Assembly: GCF_001447785.1 (NCBI RefSeq) | Contig: NW_015171648.1 | Location: 1 to 64,000, forward strand | Reading direction: 5' to 3' | DNA: 64,000 nt | DNA from: Gekko japonicus | Taxonomy: Eukaryota | Shown here: positions 21,785-33,789 of the stretch, in pieces | How the letters are laid out: each line of letters begins with the position of its first letter | Numbering within the stretch: the first letter of the stretch is position 1 | Notes under the pieces: model-generated | What the model was told of the DNA's origin: nothing | Databases searched by the model: none | What the model saw: only the letters and a program-made list of their open reading frames with translations | Program-made: the position numbers and the translations under genes

Positions 21785-23400
21785 CTAAATCCTTCTGTCT
21801 GTTTTTCGCAGTAAAATTGTCACCATCCTATGTTTAGGAAATCAAGTGATCCCAGGCCCCTGCCACACGGCAGGGGAAAAGCCTCTTAAGGCGCGGCTTT
21901 TAAAAGCCACGCCAACGTTGAGGCGCCACGACGGGATCCCACGGATCCCCTGGCCGCGGCGCCTTTTCTCCCCGGTGCGATCAAACGCCGGGGAGAAAAC
22001 ACGGCCCGAACGGGAGCGGGCCGAACTGCGCATGTCCGGGCATGCGCAGTTCAGATCTGGGCCGGGGTTGAGCCGGCGCAAGGAAGCGCCGGCGATCAAA
22101 CGACCCGGTTGCCGCGCTGCTTCCCTTTAAACCACCTAGATAGGTGGTTCCGTTTGCGGCGGCGTTTCCTGGGAATGGGACAGTTCGGCCACGGAAGCAA
22201 GACGCTTCCCAGATGTTGTGGTGTGATCGCGCCGAACTGTCCCGCTCCCGGACCAAATCGCCACGTGTGAATGGGACCCCAGTCTTATTATATTCAGATG
22301 ATACGGTTTTGTTGTCTTGTTCCCACATTGGGTTCCTGAGGTTATTAAATAGGTTGGCCAGTTACTGCCACTCTGAAGGTTTAGAAATTAACTGCAGTAA
22401 GGTGCAAAGTATTACTATTTTATAAGAGAAGGAACCCTCCTGCATCCTGGTTGTCTATTGATGGTGTTCAAATTCAACAAATGAAAAAGTTTATGTATCT
22501 TGGTATACTTTTTTCTCACAATCTGAATTGGTCATTTCATCAAAAGGCTTTGCTAAAGAATATCAACAGTATGTAAAAAAAATTCAGGTATTGTGGGGGA
22601 CGTTATGTTCCTGGGGCGATTCACGTTTTTAATATGAAAAATTATTCTTATTTTGCTTTTTGGGGTGGCTATTTGGATTCAATTGGATTCAATTTTGATC
22701 TTCCTTCAATTCATTTTCTTTGTAAATTGATTAATGTATCTAAATGTGTAGCTGGAGTGTTGCTACATGCCGAATTGGGTCAATTATCCTTGGAGGCTAG
22801 AGCTTGGCAATTGGCTTTCTGTTTCTATTTTAAAGTTGTTGTTTTTAAATATTCTGGATATTTAGCTCTGATAAAAAAGCAAATTCTTTCAAATCCTCCT
22901 GGCTTAAGATTTTTACTCAAAACTTCCTCTCATTGGTTTAATTTCTGACATGATTCAGGAATGTGGTTCTGTAGCTGAAAATTCCTTTATTAGGAAACAT
23001 ATCCAAGAGATGGATTATTTGAGTACATGTTTTCGTGCCTGCAGGGTTTGTTCTTCCTTATTTTTTGGAATACCCTCCACCTAGGTCACTGCCTTCTTAT
23101 ACCTTCCATTTGTCCATCCCAAATTTTTAAAAACTTTTTTATTGACACGGCTAAATGCACAGCCCACCCCTGTTATGAGCGGTAGATTAAAGAGGACACC
23201 TTTTTCAGAGCAGTTATGTGACTGTTCTTTAGGGAAGATTGGTACCTTGGTTCATATTTTATTGGAATGTCCCCTGTATGTGATTTCTAGGAATCAATAT
23301 ATAATGTACTATTTGGACAATATTTCTTTTTTACTCACTATAAGAGAACGTCATTCCTTTTATCTGATAGATCTCCTACTATTCTCCTAGTTGGCACTAA
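21785..23400 (+). mobile_element. Degenerate RTE-X-like LINE (RT and C-terminus)
   Basis: LLYSDDTVLL..LEINCSK; AELGQLSLEARAW; LCDC..TLVHILLECPLY. Confidence 0.7.
21855..22278. mobile_element. CpG-rich PIF/Harbinger-like MITE inserted in a LINE RT
   Basis: Imperfect TIRs GGCCCCTGCCACACG / CGTGTGAATGGGACC; 3-bp TSD CCA; removing it restores CLGNQVIPVLLYSDDT. Confidence 0.75.
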
Positions 23401-23665
23401 TTTTTTTTGTTTGGATTTAAAACCTTGAAGACGATGTGTATCAGAGGAGGTATATGACTGCTCAAGCTAGTTGATCAAAGGAGCTTTAATCAAATGAAAG
23501 GAATCAGTCCCTCAGTCCATCAGAGTCAATGGCTCCCCAGTGTCTCATATCACTTCCTACCTGGTCCTTTTAACTGGAGATGCCAGGATTAAACCTAGGA
23601 CCTTCTGCAGGACAAGGAGATGCACTGAGCCAGTGCTGTTCCCCACAGAAGAGAAGACGCTATAG

Positions 23666-24050
23666 CAGCCCCATGGACAGAAAATTTTGGTGGGGCAGTG
23701 GCCGGGGTGCTGGGGCAGGGGAGCGGGGGTAGCATGCATTCTCTCGCTCTTTCCTACCCCAGCCCCACCCCACCCCGCCGCACAGTGGCAGGAAGGTTGG
23801 GGAAGGAAAGGGAAGTGGCCTTGCCACTTCTAGTCAGTTTTATTCCCCTCCCATCAGCTGTTAAAACAGCTAATCGACAGGGAGTGAAACTGACCAGAAG
23901 TGGCAGGACGGCTTCGCTTTCCTTCTCTATCCTCCCAGCCACTGCAGGGGTAAGGCGCACCGGGGGTGGGGGTCTGGGGGGGATCGGCATCGTCCCAGGG
24001 TGGGCAGGGCTCATCCGTGGTGGGTCTTCACCCCCATGGCTACGGGCCTG
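23666..24050. mobile_element. Palindromic GC-rich MITE
   Basis: Internal inverted repeat centred near 23862; imperfect 8-bp TSD CGCTATAG/TGCGATAG; empty site in the paralogous flank near 51600. Confidence 0.7.
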
Positions 24051-24847
24051 TGCGATAGAGAGATGAAATGTCTTTCCTTTTAAGAGGAACCCTGCTGGAT
24101 CAGACCAGCGGTGCATCTAGTCCAGCATCCTGTCTCACACAGTGGCCATCCAGTTCCTCTGGAGGGCCAACAACAGGGCATAGAGGCTGAGGCCTTCCCC
24201 TGATGTTGCCTCCTGGCTCTGGAATTCAGAGGCTGACTGCCTCTGAACATGGGGCTGGTAGCCACTGATAGACCTGTCCTCCGTAAATTTGTCTACTCTC
24301 CTTTTAAAGCTCTCTGTGCCTGTGGCCCTCAGTTCTCCTTCCTTCGTGGCACTCTCTGCCCTTTCTTCTCTCATCTTTCCTGCCGGAGTCTATTTCTTCA
24401 GCCAAGACAGTAGAAGCCACTGCACGCACTACATTTTTATGTCTACCTGTAATAATTGTATGTGTCTTCCTAGAAATACAAATTGAATTTGGCATTCACA
24501 CATTTATAAATGTGAGCATTGGATGGCATGCTCTTTGGAGAGTGTAACAGGCTGCAGGTCCTGCTGAGCATATAGCTGGTGCCAAATTTGCGACTGCATC
24601 TGCCTAAAATGCAAAAGGACCACGAGATCTTTACACAGCTTGTTGCTCAATATAATAAACAAACTTGTTTGTTGTGAAGTGATATGAGATTTTTGCATTT
24701 TATGTATGTGGGTTAGTTTATTTAGGTTAATTTGCAAGTGGATGCTGAAAGACTGATTAAATTTAGACATGGGTCCCCCTTTAAAAAATTTGAGAACCAC
24801 TGGTTTAATGGACAATACACAATCCTTCTGGTTTACTTCTGCTTGGG

Positions 24848-24862
24848 CCACAAGATGGCAGT
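24848..24862 (+). promoter_or_regulatory. CSE/CTCF-like element of A2
   Basis: CCACAAGATGGCAGT (close to CTCF core consensus), 272 bp upstream of ATG. Confidence 0.8.
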
Positions 24863-25119
24863 ATTGGCAAACAGATGAGTTGCAACTTGCATTTCAGACA
24901 AAAAAAAAGTCACAGTTTATCAGCCCAAGGAGAAACCTATGAAGAGAGAGACAGAATCTGAAGTCCGATGGAAGATACACTGAAAGATTCAAGGAATGAA
25001 AGTGATGAACATAGCATATGGAGATCAGTTTTTCCAACAACATTAATTGCCTCTGGATAATACCCAACTGCTTCATGTTTTCAAAACCATAAATATCTGA
25101 CCTGGGAGAGTCTGGCACC

Positions 25120-27546
25120 ATGGACCATAGCTTCAGGATCATGAAAGGTCTGTATCTTTTGTTCTTACTCTCTCTGTCTGGAGTTGTGTGTGTCTCAATT
25201 CGCTATTCTTTGCCGGAAGAGAAGAAAAGTGGGTCTCTGGTGGCTAATGTGCTGAAGGATTTGAAACTGGGACCAGGGGAGCTCTCTGCTCGCAGAGCCC
25301 AGCTGGTTTCCAAAAGCAATAAGCAATATTTCCAGCTAGATACCCATTCTGGGAACCTGTTTGTAAATGACAAAATAGACAGAGAAGCTTTGTGTGGCCA
25401 GACTGACCCCTGCTTACTTCTTTCTAAAATTGCACTGGACAAACCTTTAGAGATCGTCAGTATAGAACTGAAGATAGAAGATGTGAACGATAACTCCCCT
25501 AAGTTTTCTAAAACTGAATTTAATCTAGAAATCCCTGAGAATGTTCCCACAAATACCCGATTCCCCCTGGAATCAGCCCAAGATGCAGACTTGGGTGAAA
25601 ACAGCATCCAGAACTACACCCTCAGTCCCAATGGGAATTTCAGGCTGGATGTACAAAGTGATGAATTTGGGAGCAAATATGTGGACCTTGTTCTGGAGAA
25701 GTCACTAGACAGGGAGGAGAAGGCTCAATTTGGGCTGACTCTCACAGCTGTTGATGGAGGGGTGCCCCAGAGAACAGGCAAAGTTCAAATAACTATTAAG
25801 GTTTTGGACAACAATGACAACTTCCCTCAGTTTATACAATCCGAATATAAAGTGAAGCTGAAGGAAAACTGCCCACGTGGTACTGTGGTGTCTAAAGTGG
25901 AAGCCAAAGATTTGGATTTTGGTTCAAATGCACAGATCTCCTATTCATTCCATCGGGTGCCTGAGAAAATAAGCAGCTTGTTCCACTTACATGAGAGCAC
26001 TGGAGAAATCACTGTTTTGGGTCCAATTGACTATGAAAAAGAAACCAGCTATAATATGAACATCAAAGCCACAGATGGGGGAGGTCTTTCAGGCCACTGC
26101 AAAATCTTGGTGGAAATTGAGGATGAGAATGACAATGCCCCAGAGATATCAGTCATATCTATCTCCAGCACTGTGCAAGAAGATTCACACCTGGACACAG
26201 TGGTGGCGCTTTTCAGTGTCACCGACCAAGACTCTGGGGAGAACAGCAGAACTTCATGTTCCATAGACACAAACCTTCCCTTCGTGTTAAAGGCCACTGG
26301 GAGTAACAACTATCAGCTTGTGATCCAGAGTCCCTTGGACAGAGAGAAAGTCCCTGAGTACAACATCACCATCACAGCTACTGATCGGGGCTCTCCCAGG
26401 CTCACTACAAAAAGAACAATTACGGTTTTGATCTCAGACATCAATGACAACTCTCCAGTGTTTGAGAAGTCCAAGTATGAAATGCAGGTGTGGGAAAACA
26501 ACATTCCCGGCCTGCTGATGGGTTCGGTCCGTGCTGTCGATCTGGACGTGGAGCAGAATGCCAAGGTGACCTATTCCCTTGTGACTGGAAATGCCAGTGG
26601 TGCTCCTGCAGCCTCTTACGTTTCCATCAACTCTGAGACGGGGAATCTGTACGTCCTGCGATCTCTGGATTATGAGCAGATCAAGGAGTTCCAAGTGAGA
26701 GTGAGGGCTTCAGATGGGGCTTCTCCTCCACTGAGCTCGGAAGCTGTTGTTCGAGTTGTGATCCTGGATGAAAACGATAATGCCCCCTTCTTCCTCTACC
26801 CTCTTCAGAACAGCACCTCCCCCTTCAACGAGCTGGTTCCCAAGACAGTGGAGGCCGGTTACCTGGTCGCCAAGGTGGTGGCTGTGGATGGGGATTCGGG
26901 CCAGAACTCTTGGCTTTCCTATGAACTGCTGAAGGCCACGGACCCTGGCCTTTTCAGCATCGGAGCCCAGAATGGAGAAGTGAAAACCAGGAGACCACTG
27001 ACAGAGAGAGATACAAACAAGCAGAGACTGATTATCCTGGTGAGAGACAACGGCCACCCTCCTCAGTCCAGCACTGCAACCCTGAATATCCTTCCGGTGG
27101 ATGGCTTTTCAGATCCTTATCTGAATATTGCAAGCGTCAGTCACGAAGCCAGTGAAGAAGATGGCTCCTTGACCATGTACCTGGTGATCTGCTTGGCTGC
27201 GGTGTCCTTTGTGTTCCTGGTTTGCATCATTGTGTTTGTTGTCATCAGAATGTACAAGAAAGAGTCTAGTTTTATCACCGCCCTTCCTCAGTTCCCACCT
27301 GCCTTACCTGAGATCCCTGAAACCGGTGTCGATTCTCAGAGTGGATCACTTTCCCGGACCTACCAGTATGATGTTTGCCTAACCGGTGGATCACTAAGCA
27401 GCGATTTCAGATTCCTTAGGCCTCTCATTCCTGTTTTTTCCATGGGGGATCCAAGCTTTTCTGAGAATCACAGATTTTCTTCTGTCTCTCAGGAGACTCC
27501 TGAACAGGTAGAGGGAGGAAAACCAAGGGAACACGTAAGTGATTAG
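25120..27546 (+). CDS. PCDHB: Protocadherin beta-like large exon A2 (mosaic of A1-like and A3-like tracts)
   Basis: 808-aa ORF, start in GGCACCATGG; donor CAC|GTAAGT after 27534. Confidence 0.95.
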   Translation: MDHSFRIMKGLYLLFLLSLSGVVCVSIRYSLPEEKKSGSLVANVLKDLKLGPGELSARRAQLVSKSNKQYFQLDTHSGNLFVNDKIDREALCGQTDPCLLLSKIALDKPLEIVSIELKIEDVNDNSPKFSKTEFNLEIPENVPTNTRFPLESAQDADLGENSIQNYTLSPNGNFRLDVQSDEFGSKYVDLVLEKSLDREEKAQFGLTLTAVDGGVPQRTGKVQITIKVLDNNDNFPQFIQSEYKVKLKENCPRGTVVSKVEAKDLDFGSNAQISYSFHRVPEKISSLFHLHESTGEITVLGPIDYEKETSYNMNIKATDGGGLSGHCKILVEIEDENDNAPEISVISISSTVQEDSHLDTVVALFSVTDQDSGENSRTSCSIDTNLPFVLKATGSNNYQLVIQSPLDREKVPEYNITITATDRGSPRLTTKRTITVLISDINDNSPVFEKSKYEMQVWENNIPGLLMGSVRAVDLDVEQNAKVTYSLVTGNASGAPAASYVSINSETGNLYVLRSLDYEQIKEFQVRVRASDGASPPLSSEAVVRVVILDENDNAPFFLYPLQNSTSPFNELVPKTVEAGYLVAKVVAVDGDSGQNSWLSYELLKATDPGLFSIGAQNGEVKTRRPLTERDTNKQRLIILVRDNGHPPQSSTATLNILPVDGFSDPYLNIASVSHEASEEDGSLTMYLVICLAAVSFVFLVCIIVFVVIRMYKKESSFITALPQFPPALPEIPETGVDSQSGSLSRTYQYDVCLTGGSLSSDFRFLRPLIPVFSMGDPSFSENHRFSSVSQETPEQVEGGKPREHVSD

Positions 27547-28258
27547 CTCTTTTTCTAAAATACCTGATATTCTATTGTAATTTCATCGGTGATGTAATAT
27601 AATGCTTTTTGCTATTGTTGTTTAATTATTTCCCACCCTTTCTTTTCCCCTGTGTATCGCTTCTTGAATGTTTTCTTAATAGCTTCAGTACTTGAAATCA
27701 GGATGTGAAATTCTGCCCCACTCCTCCGTTTACATTTTCACGTTCTTTGTTTACCCAGTTCCTTTCCCTGTTGGGGGAACACACCTGACACTCATGTAAG
27801 GTTTTTCTTTGAGATCCCCACCACACTTTACATGGCTCATTCTTCTTCCTTCTAATATGTCTCCAGTCTCGTTGTCTACTGTCTTCCTTCACATGAACCA
27901 AAAGAAGAGCGAAGCTGCTCAAGTAGTTTTAAAGATAAGGATAAGAAAGTGATTACAACAGAACTGGAGGAAGGGCTGAGAGCTACTTTTAATGGCTGGA
28001 AGAAAGACCGGTCACTCCTGACTGACCTTCTGCTGACCCCAGTGTAGAACACATTTTGGCAATCTAGTCATGAGGTTACCAAGCAATGCATGTCCAGACC
28101 TTCACTGATCCATTCACAAGCCCTCCAGGGCCAAAGGTAGGGTGTCCCTCAGCTCATGTTTCTAAGGACAACCAGAAAGAGGTTTGGAGGTGGGGATGTG
28201 GTGGGTGTGATGTTCTGTGCTCCACTATGTCAATTCTGGGGAAAACCATAGAGTTTCC

Positions 28259-29290
28259 TTTTTTCTTCTTCTTCAAAAGTTTATTTATCATATTTTCAAT
28301 CTAATTACAAACTTTTCTCTTGATTACATATATATTTAGAGTCTTAAATCAAATTACATGTCATATATCACACTATTATCTCTTTTCGTATTACATTTTT
28401 TCATGATTAATCCAGTAGTAAACCCTTGACCATCTTCTATTCTGTATTTTTTCGTCTTTCTTTTGAAGTATTAAACTTAAACTGTCCATTTGTGCTAGTT
28501 CTAATAATTTTACTACTAGGTCCTCTTTTGAGGGTATTTTATCCATTTTCCAATTTTTAGCCACTAGAATTCTTGCAGCTGTTATAATATATACTAATAA
28601 GTACACATCTTGCTTATCAAAACCTTTTGGGATTATATTCAACAAGCATGTTTCTGGAGTTAACATAACATTTATATTCAATATTTCAGAAATAACTTTA
28701 TAAACCATTTTCCAGTATGTTTGAATTTTATTACAATTCCACCACATGTGATAAAAGGTCCCCACATTTGACTTACATCTCCAACATTTGTTGGATGATT
28801 GTGGATAACACTTCGCTATTTTATCTGGGGACCAATACCACCTGTGGAACATTTTATAAATATTTTCCTTATAAGATATGGCTCTCATAAATTTTGCTGA
28901 CTTCCATATGGCATCCCATTGTTCTATATCAATCTCTTTTTGCATATCCTGCATCCAGGAAATCATAACCGATTTAATATTTTCATCCAGTTCGTAATCT
29001 TCTAGTAAAAATCTGTACAGCTTTTGAATTAATTTATCACTGGATGACAGCCATATCTTGTCAAGTTGGGAGTTCCTAGCTTCAAATCCTTTAAGTTTAT
29101 CTTTTCCGTATCTATCTCTTAATAAGTTATTTTCCCACCATGACAATTTAATTTGATACTCTTGTAGCAATTTTTCTTCTGTTTTTAAATTATTATTCCC
29201 TTCTAGCAACAAATTGTAGTTTGCTTTTAATCTTGTTGTCAAAAGTGAGGGTTTTACGAAAGCTTCCAAAGGGGACACCCATCTTGGCGT
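28259..29290 (-). mobile_element. 5'-truncated L1-clade LINE (ORF2 C-terminus)
   Basis: 295-aa open frame with CWRC..GTFYHMWWNC knuckle; AATAAA and A-rich tail; 20-bp TSD GGGAAAACCATAGAGTTTCC; empty site at ~31400. Confidence 0.92.
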
Positions 29291-29630
29291 GGGAAAACCA
29301 TAGAGTTTCCAATGATTCCTAGAGCTACCCTATGTCACTTCTGGGGAAAACCCAGAAGTGACATAACAGCACACAGGATGCCAATATTTTCAGCAGTAAC
29401 AGCTGAAGGCGGGAAAGCTTCCTGTCATAACTGGAAGTCAGGCAGCCTTACACTGATCCTATCTGTGGAATTCTCAACAAACTAAGGACAAGATACAACA
29501 GAAGTGTCTAATTTTATCTGCAAATTCTGTGTAAATATGACACAGCAATCACACTCACACAAATGTATACACAAAGGCTGTGACTGATTCTCTGTTCACC
29601 TGGAACAGGTCTACCCAGTGGTACTGTTCA

Positions 29631-30623
29631 CCCTAGTACCCTAGGCTGATTGTCTTGGGTGATTTCAACGTCCATGCTGAGGACACGGCCTCCAGTCGGT
29701 CTGCGGACCTAGTGTCATTCATGACGGCACTGGGACTCTCTCAACTTGTTACGGCCCCCACGCATCGGGCCGGTCACACGCTCGATTTGATCTTCGCGGC
29801 TGGGGTGAGGGTGGACTGGATTACTGCGGAGGCAGTACCATGGTTGGACCACCAGGCCCTGAAGGCCCGTCTGAATGTTCCACCCCAACCCTGTTTAGGT
29901 GGCGAGCGGATTTTTGCTCGCCCGTGTGGCCAAATGGACCCTATGCAGCTTCAGATGGCCTTGTGGGATCCTAAGCCCCCTGGCGGCTCATTAGATGAGC
30001 TGGTGGAGGATTGGCATGACCGGCTCTCCACGGCCATCGACAAGATCGCTCCCAGGCGTCCTCTCCGAACTCATATTAGGCGGGCGCCCTGGTAAACACA
30101 GGAGTTACGTCAGCTGAAGCAAGAACTGAGACGACTAGAGAGACGATGGTGTTGCGCTCACGACGAGGCTTCAAGAACATCCTATAGGACGTTTATGAGA
30201 TCCTATGAGATGGCAGTCAAGGCCACAAAGAGAGATTTCTATGCGACCATGATTGCATCTGCTAGCTCACGCCTGGCACAATTATTTAGTACGATTCGAT
30301 CTTTTGACAGCTCTGCCACAGGGCAGGCAAAATGCTAGGGAATTGGATATCGGCTGTGAGGCATTTGCGAGCTATTTTGCAGAGACCTCCCCGCCACAAT
30401 TGATACAGTGAGCGAACTTGAGGCCCCTTGCACGTCTTTGGTGCCGGGTTTAGTGAGTTTTGGCCCACTCAGCCTGGAAGAAGTTGACAGATTGCTTGTA
30501 TCGGTGCGCCCAACCACATGCGATCTTGATCCGTGCCCCTCTTGGCTCATTAAATTGGGTCATGAGGGGTTTCGAGATGCCCTGCGGGAGAAGGTCAACA
30601 AGTCTCTCTTGGAGGGATGGTTA
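29631..30623 (+). mobile_element. Internal L2-clade LINE fragment (endonuclease to pre-RT)
   Basis: GDFNVH..LGLSQLVTAPTHRAGHTLDLIF; PTTCDLDPCPSWLIK; CpG-rich. Confidence 0.85.
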
Positions 30624-30707
30624 GAGAATCACAGATTTTCTTCTGTCTCTCAGGAGACTCCTGAACAGGTAGAGGGAGGAAAACCAAGGGAACACGTAAG
30701 TGATTAG
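30624..30707 (+). pseudogene. Duplicated 3' tip of A2 (ENHRFSSVSQETPEQVEGGKPREH) with orphan splice donor
   Basis: Identical to 27463-27546, including CAC|GTAAGT (donor after 30695). Confidence 0.9.
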
Positions 30708-31449
30708 CTCTTTTTCTAAAATACCTCTCATTCTATTGTAATTTCATCAGTGATGTAATATAATGCTTTTTGCTATTGTTGTTTAATTATTTCCCACCCT
30801 TTCTTTTCCCCTGTGTATCGCTTCTTGAATGTTTTCTTAATAGCTTCAGTACTTGAAATCAGCATGTGAAATTCTGCCCCACTCCTCCATTTACATTTTC
30901 ACGTTCTTTTCCCCCCAGTTCCTTTCCCTGTTGGGGGAACACACCTGATACTCATGTAAGGTTTTTCTCTGAGAACCCCACCACACTTTACATGGCTCAT
31001 TCTTCTTCCTTCTAATATGTCTCCAGTCTCGTTGTCTACTGTCTTCCTTCACATGAACCAAAAGAAGAGCGAAGCTGCTCAAGTAGTTTTAAAGATAAGG
31101 ATAAAAAAGTGATTAGAACAGAACTGGAGGAAGGGCTGAGAGCTACTTTTAATGGCTGGAAGAAAGACCGGTCACTCCTGACTGACCTTCTGCTGACCCC
31201 AGTGTAGAACACATTCTGGCAATTTAGTCATGAGGTTACCAAGCGATGCGTGTCCAGAACTTCACTGATCCATTCACCAGCCCTCCAGGGCCAAGGGTAG
31301 GGTGTCCCTCAGCTCATGGCTCTAGGGACAACCAGAAAGAGGTTTGGAGGTGGGGATGGGGAGGGTGTGATGTTGTGTGCTCCACTATGTCAATTCTGGG
31401 GGAAACCATAGAGTTTCCAATGATTCCTAGAGCTACCCTATGTCACTTC

Positions 31450-31701
31450 CAGTAGCTTTCAGCTCATTAAGCCTTCTACTTTTTTGACTGCCAACAGTAA
31501 CTGTTTAGGAATTCCACTGTTATTTTGGGGCTGTTGGCAGCCACTGATATTCTATTGTTTTCTTATTGTTGTAAATATTTGGGGAAATTTTGTATACTTT
31601 ATAGTAACTATCTAGTATAAAGCAATTGTATCTAGCATACTACTCATGGTTCAGAGTGTATTATTGGTTCTATATTGGCCCCAGTTTTGTCTTGTTTCCT
31701 C
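31450..31701. other. Unclassified 252-bp insertion flanked by CACTTC direct repeats
   Basis: Absent from the duplicate copy (~29336) and from the related repeat near 7425. Confidence 0.65.
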
Positions 31702-32384
31702 CACTTCTGGGGAAAACCCAGAAGTGACATAACAGCACACAGGATGCCAATATTTTCAGCAGTAACAGCTGAAGGCGGGAAAGCTTCCTGTCATAACAGG
31801 AAGTCAGGCAGCCTTACACTGATCCTATCTGTGGATTTCTCAACAAACTAAGGACAAGATACAACAGAAGTGTCTACTTTTATCTGCAAATTTCTGGGTA
31901 AATATGACACAGCAATCACACTAACACAAATGTATACACAAAGGCTGTGACTGATTCTCTGTTCACCTGGAACAGGTCTACCCAATGGTATTGTTCAGGC
32001 ACAATATTGGGAAAGAATAACAGAGCTTCACTGCAATCATGTACATTAGAGGTGCTGCTAACTTCATAACAAATATGTCTGGCTGTTGAACATACCATTT
32101 TCATCAGCCACAATGAATTGTGAACCAAGCCTTGTATCTCCTCGCCTTGCTGCCGTTCAAATTCAGCAGCTGCTGGACAGCTTTGGAGCTATGCAGTAGC
32201 CATGGTATTGGTGTTTCATTTTGTTCTGCCTTGAAGCCACTTATGCATCTACACATTAGGTGAAATTGATCCTTTCCCAAAGGTCATGGATGGTTGGGTC
32301 ATGTAATTCCAGAGTGTAGTGGCAGCGACAATGACTCCCAAAAGTCAGTGCAAAAAAATAATAATGCACAGATGAGATAATATT

Positions 32385-32800
32385 TATTTATTTATTTAGA
32401 TTTTTAGGCCATCCTTCCTTGCAAGCAAGGCTGAGAGTGGCTTACAACAGAAGAGGACAAACAAGGAGTAATTAAAAGTTAAAAACCAAGAATAAATATA
32501 TAAAACATATAACACCAATAATTCATCAGCATAATTCAGTCGATCCAAGGTGGTGGGGAAAAAATTTCTCATGCCTCCAGGCTGCGGAGAATGAAGGTTT
32601 ATGGGAGTGCCAGACTACATGCTATACTGTCGCTGTCCTCAACCGAATGCCTGCTGGAACATCTCTGCCTTACATGCCCTGCAGAAAGGTAACAAATTCT
32701 GCAGGGCAGAGATGTCCTCAGGCAGAGAGTTTCACCAGGTGGGGGCCAGGACCGAAAAAGCTCTGGCCCTGGTTGAGGACAGCCGGATCTCTCTCTCCAA
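32385..32800 (-). mobile_element. L2-like LINE 3' end; similar tails ~32945-33050 and 55560-55750
   Basis: (TTTA)n tail followed by GGCT(C/G)AG..GGCTTAC; GGCAGAGAGTTTCACCAGGTGGGGGCC. Confidence 0.6.
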
Positions 32801-33342
32801 TAACATGGACTTAAATGAACATAAAACACTAAGACCAAAAACAAACAAACACCCCAAGCCCACACACAGTGAAAGTCTTCATTAAGGGATCTAATATTAC
32901 ATCATGGAATTGCTTTTAACATTCAGCTGTTAACCCACCGGCGTTATTTCCATTTATGCTTTCAATTTATATTCCGCCCTCCCCGCATGGGCAGGCTCAG
33001 GGCGGCTTACAACAAGTTAAAAAAACCCAGAATAAATACAGTAAAACATGGATACATCGACAAAGCAAAAATCATATTTTCAGTCGCTTTATTTACCTCT
33101 GATTGTAATTGCTTGATTTAAATTCGTTCTAACATCATCTACTACATATGTTATTTTGCTTTTTTTTTTTTGTGCAAAGCCTCCTTTATGCTAGACAATT
33201 CAGGACTACGAGATGAATATAAATTGCTATAAAAATCCCTAAATACTTGAGAAGTCTCTTGATCAGTTATCGTTAATGTCTGTGGTCTCTAAGAAAAAAA
33301 CAGGCTGGATCATCCCTTCCTTACTCTTGTCTTATCAGTCAC

Positions 33343-33789
33343 AGGCCCCGGTCACACGGGAGATTTCGGGCCGGAAGAGGGACGGATCGGGGGCACAGCA
33401 AATGGGCGCAATCAAACCGCAACTTCTGGGAAGCAGCGCACACCCGTCCCCGATCCGGCCCTTCAGGCCGAAAATGCGCAGCAAAAAAGAACCTGCTAAA
33501 GAGCAGGACTTACCTAAAACACTGTAGCAAGCGCGACTGTTGGATCGCTGGCATGGCCGTCTGCAGGAGCAATCGAGGCTCCCAGCTGAACTGCACATGT
33601 GCACACATCCGCAGCCGGCGGCCTCACGCTCCCTTCCGTGGCTTTCTCCCCGGCATCTGATTGTGCCGGGGAGCAACTGCGCGGCGGCTCATGGGATCTG
33701 TCTGATCCCCCTGCCGCGTGTTTCTTTTGGTGCAGCTTTCAAAAGCCGCACTTTGCCCGCATCAATTTCTCCCCGTGTGGCAGGGGCCT
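33343..33789. mobile_element. CpG-rich MITE related to the 21855 element
   Basis: 17-bp TIRs AGGCCCCGGTCACACGG / CCGTGTGGCAGGGGCCT. Confidence 0.75.

Larger units (their letters stand above)
27463..31997 (+). repeat. Local direct duplication of the A2 3' end and flank (27463-29630 / 30624-31997) separated by an L2 fragment
   Basis: ~1.1 kb near-identical copies, each with a private insertion. Confidence 0.93.
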
